A stretch of DNA of 56,363 bases. Source: an uncultured bacterium (GTDB taxonomy: Bacteria > CSSED10-310 > CAZUFC01). The DNA lies in NCBI GenBank assembly GCA_964619725.1, contig CAZUFC010000049.1:1-56363 (forward strand), read 5' to 3'. The position numbers and the translations under genes are program-made. Within the stretch, counting starts at the first letter, position 1, and every line of letters starts with the position of its first letter. Shown here one piece after another: positions 27,425 through 37,967 of the stretch. The notes under the pieces were generated by a model that saw only the letters and a program-made list of their open reading frames with translations, was not told the DNA's origin and ran no database searches.

Positions 27425-28252
27425 ATGAGTCGGAAGAGATATTACGCCGTAGCCAGGGGACGACAGACTGGAGTATTCCGGGAATGGTTCGGACCGGGAG
27501 GTGCGGAAGACCAGATAAAATCATATCCCGATGCCCGTTACCAGGGTTTTACTACAAAAAGCGAAGCCAGAAAATGGCTGAAAGAATTCCGGGAATCCTC
27601 TCCTCAGGCCTCCGTGCTTAAGACAGAGCTCTTTTCTCCAGAGAAGAGCGCTGTTTCCTCGTCAGACAACTTCGAAGTGAATCAGGACGCGTGCAAAACT
27701 TCAGCAGAAATAAAAGAACCGGCAAAAGATAAAGCAGAATTAAAAAAGGTGACGATTTACACTGACGGCGGAGCGATAAGGAACCCCGGACCCGGCGGTT
27801 ACGGCACGGTAATGATGTATAAGGGCCGCAGAAGAGAACTTTCGGAAGGTTTCAGGAGAACGACAAACAACCGGATGGAGCTTCTGGCCTGCATCGAGGG
27901 ATTGGAAGCTCTGAAATACAGATGCAGAGTAACGATCCATTCAGACTCGAAATATGTCGTCAAAGGCATCATGAAAGGGTGGGCTAAACGGTGGCGAGCC
28001 AATAACTGGATGAGAAACCATATCGACCCGGCGGAAAATGCGGACTTATGGAACCGTCTTCTTGATCTGTGCGAGAAGCATGAGGTCAAATTCAGATGGG
28101 TCAAAGGACATGCCGGCAACAAGCATAATGAACGTTGCGATAAGCTCGCCCGAAAGGCTGCGATATCACCAGGCCTTTCGATAGATAAGGCTTATGAAAA
28201 AGGAAAGACGACTTTGAACGTCTCTGATCAGGGCGGCCCTTATAGGGAGTGA
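27425..28252 (+). CDS. rnhA: Ribonuclease HI with N-terminal hybrid-binding (caulimovirus viroplasmin-like) domain
   Basis: YYAVARGRQTGVF..W N-domain; IYTDGG...NPGPGG, TTNNRMEL, SDSKYV and WVKGHAG...NERCD. Confidence 0.95.
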   Translation: MSRKRYYAVARGRQTGVFREWFGPGGAEDQIKSYPDARYQGFTTKSEARKWLKEFRESSPQASVLKTELFSPEKSAVSSSDNFEVNQDACKTSAEIKEPAKDKAELKKVTIYTDGGAIRNPGPGGYGTVMMYKGRRRELSEGFRRTTNNRMELLACIEGLEALKYRCRVTIHSDSKYVVKGIMKGWAKRWRANNWMRNHIDPAENADLWNRLLDLCEKHEVKFRWVKGHAGNKHNERCDKLARKAAISPGLSIDKAYEKGKTTLNVSDQGGPYRE

Positions 28253-28323
28253 TCAGACCGGGGTAAAAGTTCGGGGTAACAATTTTTGCCGGCGTAAATT
28301 ATAACCCTCATTTGATCAGTCCC
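28245..28323. mobile_element. 79-bp family A derivative made of two right ends in inverted orientation
   Basis: GGGAGTGATCAGACCGGGGTAA...TTATAACCCTCATTTGATCAGTCCC; contains the rnhA TGA stop. Confidence 0.65.
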
Positions 28324-28535
28324 AATACAAGCCTGCGTATTCCTATCATCGTTTATTTTTGAAACACATCCGCTTATTTTGTAATAAGCTCATGGTCATT
28401 ATCTGTTTCGATGGCGATATCGGCCCCGATTACCTGAAAAAGCTTCTTTCGACCAAAAACAGCGCTGAGGTTGCCGAATATATATTTTAAAACGGCATGG
28501 CATGAAATGACGGCAGTCGTCAGATGAATATAACT

Positions 28536-29912
28536 TTACTGGCGTTCCTTGGATGGGTCAATTCCGTATTGTTTCATTTTTTTATATAAATTACTCCGCG
28601 GGGTATCGATATTTTCTGCTGCGGCCTTAATGTTCCAGTTGTTTTCATTCAGTTTTTTCAGGATATATTCCCGTTCTGCGGCATCTTTGAATTCCTGCAG
28701 GGTAGGTTTTGCCATTAAATTGTCCGTCTCATCTTCTTTATGTTTAAAGCTGTGGGTGTCGAAGCTGATGTCTTTCGGTTTTACGGTGTTCCGGGGACTC
28801 ATTATCAAAAGTCGCTCGATGAAATTTTTCAATTCCCGGATATTTCCCGGCCAGTCGTAATCCTGCAACATTTTCACGGCATCAGGAGCGATGGTCTTAG
28901 GTTTTATCCCGTTTTCCCTTGCGAATTGATTGACGAAATGGTTGACCAGCAGCGGTATATCCTCTTTTTTTCGTCTCAGGGGAGGGCAATGGATGGGGAC
29001 GACGTTCAGGCGGAAATAGAGGTCTTCCCTGAATGTGCCTTTTGATATTTCATCGGGCAGGTTTTTATTTGTAGCGGAGATGACCCTGACGTCCGTATGC
29101 AATATTTCATTGCCGCCGACGCGCTGGAACTCTTTTTCCTGCAGAGCGCGCAGCACTTTAGCCTGAACGGAAAGGGCCATATCGCCTATTTCATCGAGAA
29201 ATATTGTTCCTTTGTCGGCAGCTTCGAATTTTCCTATTTTACGCGTACCGGCTCCGGTATAGGCGCCTTTTTCATGGCCGAACAATTCATTTTCGATAAG
29301 GTCCCCGGGTATGGCGGCGCAATTGACCTGGATAAACGGTTTGTTCTTTCTCCGGCTTAAATTGTGAATGCGTCTTGCTACCAGTTCTTTTCCTACGCCG
29401 CTTTCTCCCGTAATGAGGACCGCTGCGTTTGTTCCTGCCACTTTTTGAACGGCATCCAGGATTTCCTTGTGCGCGGGGCTCTTTCCGATCATTTTGTATT
29501 TTTCGGATATTTGAGTTCGCAGGTATTTGACTTCCTGTTGCAGTTCCTGTTCTTTGAGGGCATTTTCTATAGTTTTGAGTATTCTATCGCGCTGTGGCGG
29601 TTTTTCCAGGAAATCGTATGCGCCCAGTTTAAGGGCATCGACAGCGGTTTGTATTGTGCCGTGACCGGAAAGAACGACCACCGGCAATTCAGCCCTTCTT
29701 TTTTTGATTTTTTCCAGTACTTCCAGACCGTCCATTTCGGGCATTTTGATATCCAGCAATACTATATCCGGGGATTCCCGTGATTCCATATCGAGGGCGT
29801 CGAAGCCGTTATCGGCAGTGAGGACTTTATATCCTGCGTATTCCAATATCATTTTTATAGCGCGAAGTATGTCTTGTTCGTCATCCACAACGAGAACAGC
29901 GGGTTGACTCAT
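28536..29912 (-). CDS. Sigma54-dependent response regulator (NtrX/NtrC-like)
   Basis: Receiver (VVDDE, LLDIKMP), GESGVGKE, GAYTGA, FLDEI and Fis HTH; ATGA overlap with the kinase gene. Confidence 0.93.
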   Translation of the reverse strand: MSQPAVLVVDDEQDILRAIKMILEYAGYKVLTADNGFDALDMESRESPDIVLLDIKMPEMDGLEVLEKIKKRRAELPVVVLSGHGTIQTAVDALKLGAYDFLEKPPQRDRILKTIENALKEQELQQEVKYLRTQISEKYKMIGKSPAHKEILDAVQKVAGTNAAVLITGESGVGKELVARRIHNLSRRKNKPFIQVNCAAIPGDLIENELFGHEKGAYTGAGTRKIGKFEAADKGTIFLDEIGDMALSVQAKVLRALQEKEFQRVGGNEILHTDVRVISATNKNLPDEISKGTFREDLYFRLNVVPIHCPPLRRKKEDIPLLVNHFVNQFARENGIKPKTIAPDAVKMLQDYDWPGNIRELKNFIERLLIMSPRNTVKPKDISFDTHSFKHKEDETDNLMAKPTLQEFKDAAEREYILKKLNENNWNIKAAAENIDTPRSNLYKKMKQYGIDPSKERQ

Positions 29913-32900
29913 GATGATTCTCCTTTTTCTGAAGGTGGAATGAGCGGAAGGTACACGGTAAATGTCGTACCTTGTCCTGGGGCGCTTTCCACGGTAATTT
30001 CCCCGGCGTGGTCTTCCACGGTTTTTTTAGTGATAGTCAGTCCCAGGCCGCTTCCCGCTTCCCTGGTCGAAAAGTAAGGCTCGAAAAGGCGGCTCAGCGT
30101 TTCGTCGTCAATGCCTTTGCCCGTATCTTCGACAGATACCCACACAATGGATGCGGTTTGATCGTGACCTGTCGTTATCGTAACCTTTCCCGGAGGCGTG
30201 ATGGATTGAACAGCGTTCTGCACCAGGTTCAGGAGCGCTCTTTGTATTTGATCGGGATCGAGCATGCATTCAGGCATATCAGGGGCCGAACGCCGCACGA
30301 GTTTCATGCTGTCCGGGAGAGAAGGAGTCGTCAGTTTGACCAGTTCTTCGACTATACCGTTCAGATTCGCCGGTTTCTTTTCTGGAGCCGGCAGCCGGGC
30401 GAAACGGGAGAACTCCTCAGCCATTCTGCGCAATCCCTCCGTCTGATCGAGTATCATCTTTGCCGCATCCTCGAAGACTTCACCAAAACGTTCCGAACCG
30501 TCTTTGTAGACTTGCATAAGGTGTTCGACCGTCAGACGGATAGGCGTGAGCGGGTTTTTCACTTCATGCGCAATACGCCTGGCCATCTGCCCCCAGGCCG
30601 CCATTTTATTATACCGGATAAGCTCAGTTAAATCCTCAAAAATAATCAGAGCTTCAGCCCTCGAACTTTCCTCGACCGGCAACGGAACCGCCACAGCCCG
30701 CAAAGTCAGTATGCGTCCTTTGACCGGCAGGGTTATCTGTTTTTCGATCTGATTGGTTTTACCCGCCGAGGGCGCAGGAACACGGTCCGTCATTTCCTGC
30801 ATTAATGATTTAATGCCGGGCGACAGTTCCGGGCGCATCTTTTGAGATGCATCTTCAAATTCTCCGCCGCTCAGAATTCGAATGGCCGCAGGATTTACGT
30901 AATTAACGTCCTCTTGGCCCGAAAACCGTATCACGCCGACGGGAATGTTGTTCAGGATAGCCTCCATAAAACGCCGGCGCGTTTTAAGGTCTTCCTGGTA
31001 AAGATTAATATCGGACGCCATTCTGTTCAGCGCCTCAGCCAGCAGCCTGAATTCTCCCGACAATGATGATTTAACCGGTTCATGAAGCTCCCCTGAAGAT
31101 ATCTGATGAGTTCCCTTGATCAGTTCTTTTATTGGCGATGAGACGGCTTTGCTGACGAGAAGACTGAAAAACGCCAGAATAATGATGATGCCGGAGGAAA
31201 GCACGAGAAAAAGGCCCTGCCTTCCGTAGAATTGCGGTCGATCCCGGGACTGAAGGGGGGAAATGGAGGCGAATATGATCGATCCTTCAGGTTGAGTAGC
31301 GAAATGGGGAGTGGAGTATACAAGCAGGTGATCCTGATTTTGTATGTTTAATTTTTCATCAACGAAGCGTCTTCCGTTCAGGATGAGTTCTGAATGAACT
31401 CGGCCAGGCAGCGCAATTGAAGCGTAACCTATTTGAAAAAGTTCATCCGAAGTGGATGCGTCAAGGCGGCCGTTTCGGAAAATATGCAGATTCTTGTTTC
31501 CGGGCAAACCGAAAAGAGTTAACTGCTCGCTGTCCAACGGAGTGCGGAAAACGAGAAAACCTTCCGGTATGAGAGGCTCGATGTAGGCTATTTCCAGGGG
31601 CAGAATGGGTTCTGCGCTAATGAGAATTAACGGAAACGCGTAGGAAGCATCCTCATTTATCAGCCCCAGGGCATCCAGGGATTCCGCATACTCCTTCCTG
31701 TAAACTATACCCTGATAGAATCCGTAGTTTGCATCCGGGTCTGTGTAAGGAAAGCTGCCGGCCCATTCTGAAATACGAGCGGAAATGAGAGTTTCCATAA
31801 CGTTAATGTCGGAATAGGCTTTTTGAGCGGTTTGTCTGTGCACGGAATTCCTGAAAAGCGAGTTAAATGAGTATGACAGAAGAGTCAGCGGGAGAATGGA
31901 TATAATCAGGAAAACGAAAAGGAACCGGCGACTGAAGGATAAACGGGAAGGGCGTATCATGAGCGAACGGAGTTCCTGGAGGTTTTTTTTATACTGGAAA
32001 CCGGATATATAGGGCAGGATATTAAGCATATATAACAGTAGAAAGAATAAGAATCCATGGAGGTAAGTATGAATTATATTAACGAGGTGATCAAGAGCAT
32101 TGTAGCGTCTGACGGCGAGAGAGATTATTGATTCCGGACGTTCGTCAGTTTTGCCGGTTTTAACGTATATCGTGTCGTAAAGCATTCCCGGCTCCGGTTC
32201 CCAGCGTCCTGTCCATACGTTTTCCCGCTCTGCATGATCTTCCGGGAAAGGTATCATGAAGGAATTACTTTCGCTCTCCTTGATTTGGTGAAATTCTTCG
32301 ACGATGAGCGCCGATCCGATTTCGTCCGCTTCAGACCTGTCGATGAAGGGATTCCAGAGAGATTCTCTGTCGATAAAACTGCGGAGGCTCAGCGGGGTCA
32401 TTACGATGAGCCATGCTCTATCCCGGTTTTCAAGTTCAATGGGGCGACCGGCAGCAAAAACATTTATCAGTTCATTATTCCAGCGTATTTCCATCGTCCG
32501 GTAGAGAACATCCTGCGTGCGATCCAGTTCTTCGATAAAGCTGTAAGGAGAAAGATCAGGCAATCCGAATCCAAAACTGCTGATAAGGGAAAAAGATGAA
32601 CTGTAAATGAAGATGGAGGCGCTGAATCCGAGGGCCGCCAGGTCGGAATTGCGCCAGAACAGATAAGCTGCGGAATGGAGATTCGATTCCTTCTGCAATG
32701 TTTCCCGGAGAACAGCCAGGGCCGATTCGTCTTCCAGGAGGTTCTGAGCGGCGAACGCATGCAGGTTGTTTTTTGCCTGGACCGATTGAAGAAAACGTTG
32801 TCGATAGTTTTCGATGCGCAATTGTCTGTCCTGGTACGCCAGCGGCGGATAAAGCGCCGTCAGGCTCATTCCTGCAGTAATAAAAACCCCGATAATACCT

Positions 32901-34723
32901 CTTACAGGTATCCGTGATTTTAAATATGTGTGCGTTTCAAGCATCAATCCGGGCAATATGACGGAACAAACGGTTATTATAGCCAGGAACGGACCGAAGG
33001 GACGTTCTTCGGGGGGATGGTTCAAAATAATGAGAAGGACGAACAGGCAAGCCGCCGTCAGTAAAAACCCTGCCGTTAAAATGCTTTTACGGGTGGAATG
33101 TGAACCGAAAACGCCTTTGAATATCCGATAAGTTCTGACGGTAATCCAGTTAAAAAGAATAATAACGGCCAGGCTGCCCATAAAGGCCGTGAAAAGCAGC
33201 GCTTCATCCGCCAGACTTGTGAACGCCAGTTCAGGATTCCACCATTCCGAAGCGGAATTAAACATCAGTTCGCCGGCCAGGTCCGCAAAGAAAACCAGCG
33301 CGGTCATAGCCGCAAACAAAATGGCGAATGCTGCCGGAATCATAAGCAACGGGTTTTTCCCACGGTTTTCATCTGTATGAGTTTCTGAAGCAGAATCAGC
33401 ATGCTCACCCTGTGCATAACCTCCTCGAATCGCCAGGGAATCCAGAAATCTAACGAGAAAAACCGTTTGAACAAGCATCCAGGCTGCAGTGGCGAAAACG
33501 GCCAGAGGACTGTCCGCCCACGGAGAGGTCATGGCGAAATAGGAGGGATCAAATACCGAACTTAATGCAGGAGGAAAATCCGATACGGCATAAGAAAAAA
33601 GTATGCGAACAGATGCTGCCGCAACAGAAATAACGGTAAATTGAGCCGTTTTTTCATATATTTTCTGTCGAGTCGTTTTATTCTGTAAAGGTTTTTTTAA
33701 ATGCTCATACGAAGCGGAAAACAGGGAAACCAGGAATAAAATATAAACCATCATCAGAAGAGCTGCTTGGAGCAACTGAAGGACACGAGCATACCACGTC
33801 CATACCTCCGTAGTATCTCCGTATGAAAAAGCATAATCGACAACGCTTCTGATCTCAGGTACATAAAGGGTCCCCTGTATGCCGTTTTCCGCAGCGGTTT
33901 CAACGCCTGCTTCGTTTATTTCCGGTCCGTTCGGACCTTCAGTCCGGGTGGAGAAATTCAGTTTTACGCTGAGGCCGGGAAATGCTTTTTCGATTATGCC
34001 GGGTTGTGATCTCCTCTCTTCCAGATCGGAAAATTCCGGCAAAAGAGGCAACGGTTCCACCCGGAGCGCTGCTTCGGCTATCACGAAATGATCTTTGAAT
34101 TGTGAGTTTGAGGGTGGTATCGCCCGGCAAATCTGTAAAAAGGTTACATCATTGAGGGAGACGGTTCTGATTTGCTCCGTCTCCAGGAAAACCTCATCAT
34201 AAATCGTATTAAATTCTCCCGTCCATACTTTGATCCGGCCGGAAGCATCCGCCAGTCCGAGTCCCGATAGACAGGAGGGAAGAGGGGAGGATTTCATTTT
34301 TTGCTGGAAATAATCGTATAAGACCTGCGGATCAGATGCCGGCATGCTTCTGGCCGTTTCATCCAGAAAACTCGTCAGAGATGCAGCAGTATTTTTTAGT
34401 ACGTTATCTAATTTTTCCGGCGCTGTTTGTCGTTCGATGGATTCTCCGGGCAGGGAAGATAAACGGAAAGCATCTCCGATCATTCGCAAACTGCCGCAGA
34501 AAAGAGAAAACAGCAGCAAAATGACGGCAATTTTCAACTTTTTGTTTGGACGCACGCTGTTGCGGTGGAGAAATCCGAAACCAAAAATCAGAAGAAAAGG
34601 GACCAATCCTGCAATCAGAGCATAAATGATGCCTGTTTGGATTTTCAATAGGAGGATGGCTGACAAAGTTACCAGTGCGAAAAACGATAAAATATAAATT
34701 TTTCGGATATTAACAGTTTTCAT
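29909..34723 (-). CDS. Very large multi-TM sensor histidine kinase (NtrY-like C-terminus)
   Basis: HAMP, PAS-like segment, MARRIAHEVKNPLTPI H-box, NLVQNA, DTGKG and GSGLGL; ~1150-aa membrane-rich N-terminus. Confidence 0.9.
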   Translation of the reverse strand: MKTVNIRKIYILSFFALVTLSAILLLKIQTGIIYALIAGLVPFLLIFGFGFLHRNSVRPNKKLKIAVILLLFSLFCGSLRMIGDAFRLSSLPGESIERQTAPEKLDNVLKNTAASLTSFLDETARSMPASDPQVLYDYFQQKMKSSPLPSCLSGLGLADASGRIKVWTGEFNTIYDEVFLETEQIRTVSLNDVTFLQICRAIPPSNSQFKDHFVIAEAALRVEPLPLLPEFSDLEERRSQPGIIEKAFPGLSVKLNFSTRTEGPNGPEINEAGVETAAENGIQGTLYVPEIRSVVDYAFSYGDTTEVWTWYARVLQLLQAALLMMVYILFLVSLFSASYEHLKKPLQNKTTRQKIYEKTAQFTVISVAAASVRILFSYAVSDFPPALSSVFDPSYFAMTSPWADSPLAVFATAAWMLVQTVFLVRFLDSLAIRGGYAQGEHADSASETHTDENRGKNPLLMIPAAFAILFAAMTALVFFADLAGELMFNSASEWWNPELAFTSLADEALLFTAFMGSLAVIILFNWITVRTYRIFKGVFGSHSTRKSILTAGFLLTAACLFVLLIILNHPPEERPFGPFLAIITVCSVILPGLMLETHTYLKSRIPVRGIIGVFITAGMSLTALYPPLAYQDRQLRIENYRQRFLQSVQAKNNLHAFAAQNLLEDESALAVLRETLQKESNLHSAAYLFWRNSDLAALGFSASIFIYSSSFSLISSFGFGLPDLSPYSFIEELDRTQDVLYRTMEIRWNNELINVFAAGRPIELENRDRAWLIVMTPLSLRSFIDRESLWNPFIDRSEADEIGSALIVEEFHQIKESESNSFMIPFPEDHAERENVWTGRWEPEPGMLYDTIYVKTGKTDERPESIISLAVRRYNALDHLVNIIHTYLHGFLFFLLLYMLNILPYISGFQYKKNLQELRSLMIRPSRLSFSRRFLFVFLIISILPLTLLSYSFNSLFRNSVHRQTAQKAYSDINVMETLISARISEWAGSFPYTDPDANYGFYQGIVYRKEYAESLDALGLINEDASYAFPLILISAEPILPLEIAYIEPLIPEGFLVFRTPLDSEQLTLFGLPGNKNLHIFRNGRLDASTSDELFQIGYASIALPGRVHSELILNGRRFVDEKLNIQNQDHLLVYSTPHFATQPEGSIIFASISPLQSRDRPQFYGRQGLFLVLSSGIIIILAFFSLLVSKAVSSPIKELIKGTHQISSGELHEPVKSSLSGEFRLLAEALNRMASDINLYQEDLKTRRRFMEAILNNIPVGVIRFSGQEDVNYVNPAAIRILSGGEFEDASQKMRPELSPGIKSLMQEMTDRVPAPSAGKTNQIEKQITLPVKGRILTLRAVAVPLPVEESSRAEALIIFEDLTELIRYNKMAAWGQMARRIAHEVKNPLTPIRLTVEHLMQVYKDGSERFGEVFEDAAKMILDQTEGLRRMAEEFSRFARLPAPEKKPANLNGIVEELVKLTTPSLPDSMKLVRRSAPDMPECMLDPDQIQRALLNLVQNAVQSITPPGKVTITTGHDQTASIVWVSVEDTGKGIDDETLSRLFEPYFSTREAGSGLGLTITKKTVEDHAGEITVESAPGQGTTFTVYLPLIPPSEKGESS

Positions 34724-34778
34724 GCTTTTTTATGGAGATTTCAATACGCCGGTTTTTTATAAAGACTATCTGGGCTGT

Positions 34779-34938
34779 TCATCCAGCCATCCCTCCTTTT
34801 AACTGTCCATTCTTCCAGTTTTTCTCTCATCCGATCTTCCAAACATCCATTCTTCTATTCTTCCGCTCTTCCAGCCATCCAAGCTTACTTTCTTCCTCTC
34901 TTCTCCTCGCTGGGCTTTACTCCATTTCGCCCATCTTC
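34779..34938 (-). repeat. Degenerate 8-bp tandem array (same type as 23614), reverse strand
   Basis: CATCCGAT CTTCCAAA CATCCATT CTTCTATT CTTCCGCT CTTCCAGC CATCCAAG... Confidence 0.7.
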
Positions 34939-34939
34939 A

Positions 34940-37606
34940 TTACTTCTCCTGCATGGCCGGGAGCGGGGCCGGCAATGATTCTGGTGAATTTTTCCAATCC
35001 AGGATTTTTGCAGCCGCTTCTGCGATTTTTTTCAAGGATTCCTCGTCGGTTATTCCTTTGAAGTCTTCCAGGCGGTTCGGTTCAAGTCCGTTCATCAGGT
35101 TCATGACGGCGAAGTGAGTCCGGTTAATGCTGCGTTGCATATAGCGTTGTTTGCGTCCGGTTATTTCACGGACGGCTCTTGCGGTTTCTTTTTCGTCTAA
35201 AGGCAGTCGGGTGAAGTCCTCAACTATTCGGTTGACGAGATCGACGGTTCTTTTTTCGTTTCCTTGTGAGGTATTGACTTTAATGACAAAGAGGGCATCA
35301 TCCGGATTCAGTTTGACGGAGGCTCCCAGACTGTAAGCAAGACCTTCTTTTTCCCTGATGGTCTCGATCAATTTATTGGAAAGCAGAGTCGCTATAAGGC
35401 GATAAACGTGGAATTCTTCGGCAGGGGCGTGAAAACGGCGTCCCCATACGAGTGAGACCTGTTTTCCCGGCAAGTTTATACGTTCTTTGACGGATCGGGA
35501 GTGAGCGACAGGCATTTTCGTCGGGGAGCGGTCCGATACGGCGTTCCAGTCATTCCAGTCCTTTTCCAATTTTCTGATGATGTGTTTTCGGTCCCAGGGA
35601 GCCGATACGGAGATGAAAGCGTCCTTTGGAGTAAAATATTCCGAGTAAAAAGCTTTGACGTCGGTTTGATCTATGGAATTTACGGATTCGACTGTTCCAG
35701 CTACCGGTTTTCCGTAGGACGATTCAGGATAAAGCGATTTCATAAGCTCTATTTCGGCTGTTTTACTGGCATTGCGATTGCGCATACGCAGGTGGGATAT
35801 ATGTTTCTGTTTGAGCGTTTCGAGTTCATTTTCCGGGAAAAGGGGAGAACGGATGATGTTGCGGAGCAGACTGAGGCCGTCGTCCAGATTCTCTGCAGGC
35901 AATTCGAGCCGTATGGTGAGATAATCGCGGGAATAATAGTAATCGTCAAAGGGCAGGAAAGGATTATCGGTGACTTGCAACCGTGCGCCGATAAGGTCCA
36001 GTTGAGCATCCAATTCCTGTTTATCATATGTTTGCGTTCCTGACAGGAGCGCTTTTGCCGTTAAATCGGCTATTCCCGGGAGGTCGCCGGGTTCAAGCGC
36101 AGAACGGCCTTTAATGATGAATGAGGCAGCGGCAACGGGAACGTCTCTGCCGGTTTCGGTTAATATGGTCAGTCCGTTTTTCAGGTGAGAAACATCGACG
36201 TTCCACACAGACTTCTTTACATTTTCTTCTTTCACGGGCGTAAAACATCGTCCGAAAGATTCAACTGCTGGAGTATCCGCAGGGTCCTTTTCAGCGGCCG
36301 GCAAAACGGACAGGACGAACATTCCGTGAGGATTAAAATATTTTGCAGCGATTGCTATGACTTCTTCGGGTTCGACGTTCAGGTACTCGTTTAGCAGGGC
36401 ATCCCTTTTCAAAATATTACCTGTCGCTGCAAAGGATGCGTAACTCCAGGCGCGATGATCGAAACGTTCTCCGGCGAGCAGCATATCGCTGCGCAATCGG
36501 CTTCCGATCTTTTTCATAGCCTGATGGTCCGGAGTGAAGTTGCTGATGCTTCTGAGGCATTCTTCTATAGTTTTTTTGACTGAATCGATGAGTTCCGGTT
36601 TAAGTTTTACGGTGATCTGGTGACAGGAGAGATTTTTGTGATGATTTGTCCAGCCGCTGAGACTGTAAACCTCTATATCCTGGTCTTTCAGGGAGGCTTG
36701 AAGGAGCGAGGCTTCGCCTCCGGATACCCATTGTGTTGCGTAATCGTAAGCTGCGGCATCGTCCGTGCCTGGGCCGGGCGCCGGAAAACCGAAGAACAGA
36801 TAGGCTTCCTGAACGGATTGATGCGTTTCGATTGCGGTTTTTTTTCCAGGCGAATACTTGTACTTAACGGAAGAGGTTTCTTTTTCGACCTTTTCAGCGT
36901 TTTGTTCGCGGCCGTAAGTCTCGTTTATCAGCGTGGTCATATCGTCGATATCGAAATCGCCTATGGCGATCAGAGTCATACTCTGCGGTACATAGTGGTT
37001 TCGATAATAGTCATATATCCGGTCCCTGGTGATGTTTTTCACCGCTGATTCCAGGCCCAGGACGGACATGGAATATGGCGTGCCGGCAAGAAACAGCGAG
37101 TCGAACAGCTCCTGAACCTTGAATGATTCCCTGCCGCGCGTGCTGACGATTTCTTCCAGCACGACTTTTTTTTCCTTTTCCAGTTGTTCCTCCGGGATGA
37201 TCGAATGAAAAAGCATGTCTCTTTGAATGTCGACGGCCTGGCGGATACTGTCAGAAGGAGATACTATCATGAAAAGAGTGTAATCTTTACGGGTAAAAGC
37301 ATTGAAATAGCCGCCCATGTCGTCGACTTCCTGCTGGAGTTCCTGTTGGGTTCGAGTTTTCGTCCCGTCGAAAAGTAGATGCTCCAGCAAATGAGTCGCG
37401 CCGTTCATCTCTTCAGTCTCATTGATCGAACCCGTTCGGATTAATGCTATAATCGCCGCTACGGAAGAGCTATGATCCTCGGACAGGAATACTTCCAATC
37501 CATTTGCCAAACGGTAATATGCCGGCGCCCCGGCGTGCGTCGCTGAATAACAAAAACAGGCCAGCATAAAAATACAGGATATAATTGATGATAACTTTTT
37601 TGACAT
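34940..37606 (-). CDS. M16 (pitrilysin/insulinase) zinc peptidase, two-domain, exported
   Basis: HLLEH inverted zincin motif and NAFT; second half lacks the motif. Signal peptide from MSKKL at 37606 (ORF open from 37666). Confidence 0.9.
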   Translation of the reverse strand: MSKKLSSIISCIFMLACFCYSATHAGAPAYYRLANGLEVFLSEDHSSSVAAIIALIRTGSINETEEMNGATHLLEHLLFDGTKTRTQQELQQEVDDMGGYFNAFTRKDYTLFMIVSPSDSIRQAVDIQRDMLFHSIIPEEQLEKEKKVVLEEIVSTRGRESFKVQELFDSLFLAGTPYSMSVLGLESAVKNITRDRIYDYYRNHYVPQSMTLIAIGDFDIDDMTTLINETYGREQNAEKVEKETSSVKYKYSPGKKTAIETHQSVQEAYLFFGFPAPGPGTDDAAAYDYATQWVSGGEASLLQASLKDQDIEVYSLSGWTNHHKNLSCHQITVKLKPELIDSVKKTIEECLRSISNFTPDHQAMKKIGSRLRSDMLLAGERFDHRAWSYASFAATGNILKRDALLNEYLNVEPEEVIAIAAKYFNPHGMFVLSVLPAAEKDPADTPAVESFGRCFTPVKEENVKKSVWNVDVSHLKNGLTILTETGRDVPVAAASFIIKGRSALEPGDLPGIADLTAKALLSGTQTYDKQELDAQLDLIGARLQVTDNPFLPFDDYYYSRDYLTIRLELPAENLDDGLSLLRNIIRSPLFPENELETLKQKHISHLRMRNRNASKTAEIELMKSLYPESSYGKPVAGTVESVNSIDQTDVKAFYSEYFTPKDAFISVSAPWDRKHIIRKLEKDWNDWNAVSDRSPTKMPVAHSRSVKERINLPGKQVSLVWGRRFHAPAEEFHVYRLIATLLSNKLIETIREKEGLAYSLGASVKLNPDDALFVIKVNTSQGNEKRTVDLVNRIVEDFTRLPLDEKETARAVREITGRKQRYMQRSINRTHFAVMNLMNGLEPNRLEDFKGITDEESLKKIAEAAAKILDWKNSPESLPAPLPAMQEK

Positions 37607-37751
37607 CTGATGCTCCCGGTGTTGTTTAAAACCTGACCCGACGGGACAGGGAAAAGGCCGATCCATAGTCTATGCTATTGGGAAAATCCGCGTCAGTCAA
37701 TATTGCGGGTCAGGTCAAAAGGGACGCTTTCACATCGGCATTTTGCCCTGT

Positions 37752-37815
37752 CTGGATGCAAGACGGGAAGAATGGAAAAATGGATGAGATGGATGGTTGA
37801 ATGGTTGGAAGGATG
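37752..37815 (+). repeat. Degenerate 8-bp purine-rich array
   Basis: GGAAGAAT GGAAAAAT GGATGAGAT GGATGGTT GAATGGTT GGAAGGAT. Confidence 0.65.
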
Positions 37816-37967
37816 TTTTCTGTCGTTGGATTTATATATAGGACTGTTCTTGAGTAATTCGTTTTAAGGAAAAAACGGGGGATATTGACACTTTTTTCCT
37901 AATGTATTAATACTCTGAATCGTTTGGATGATGAATGTTATCTTTTCCAACAGGATGGAGGCGAAAA

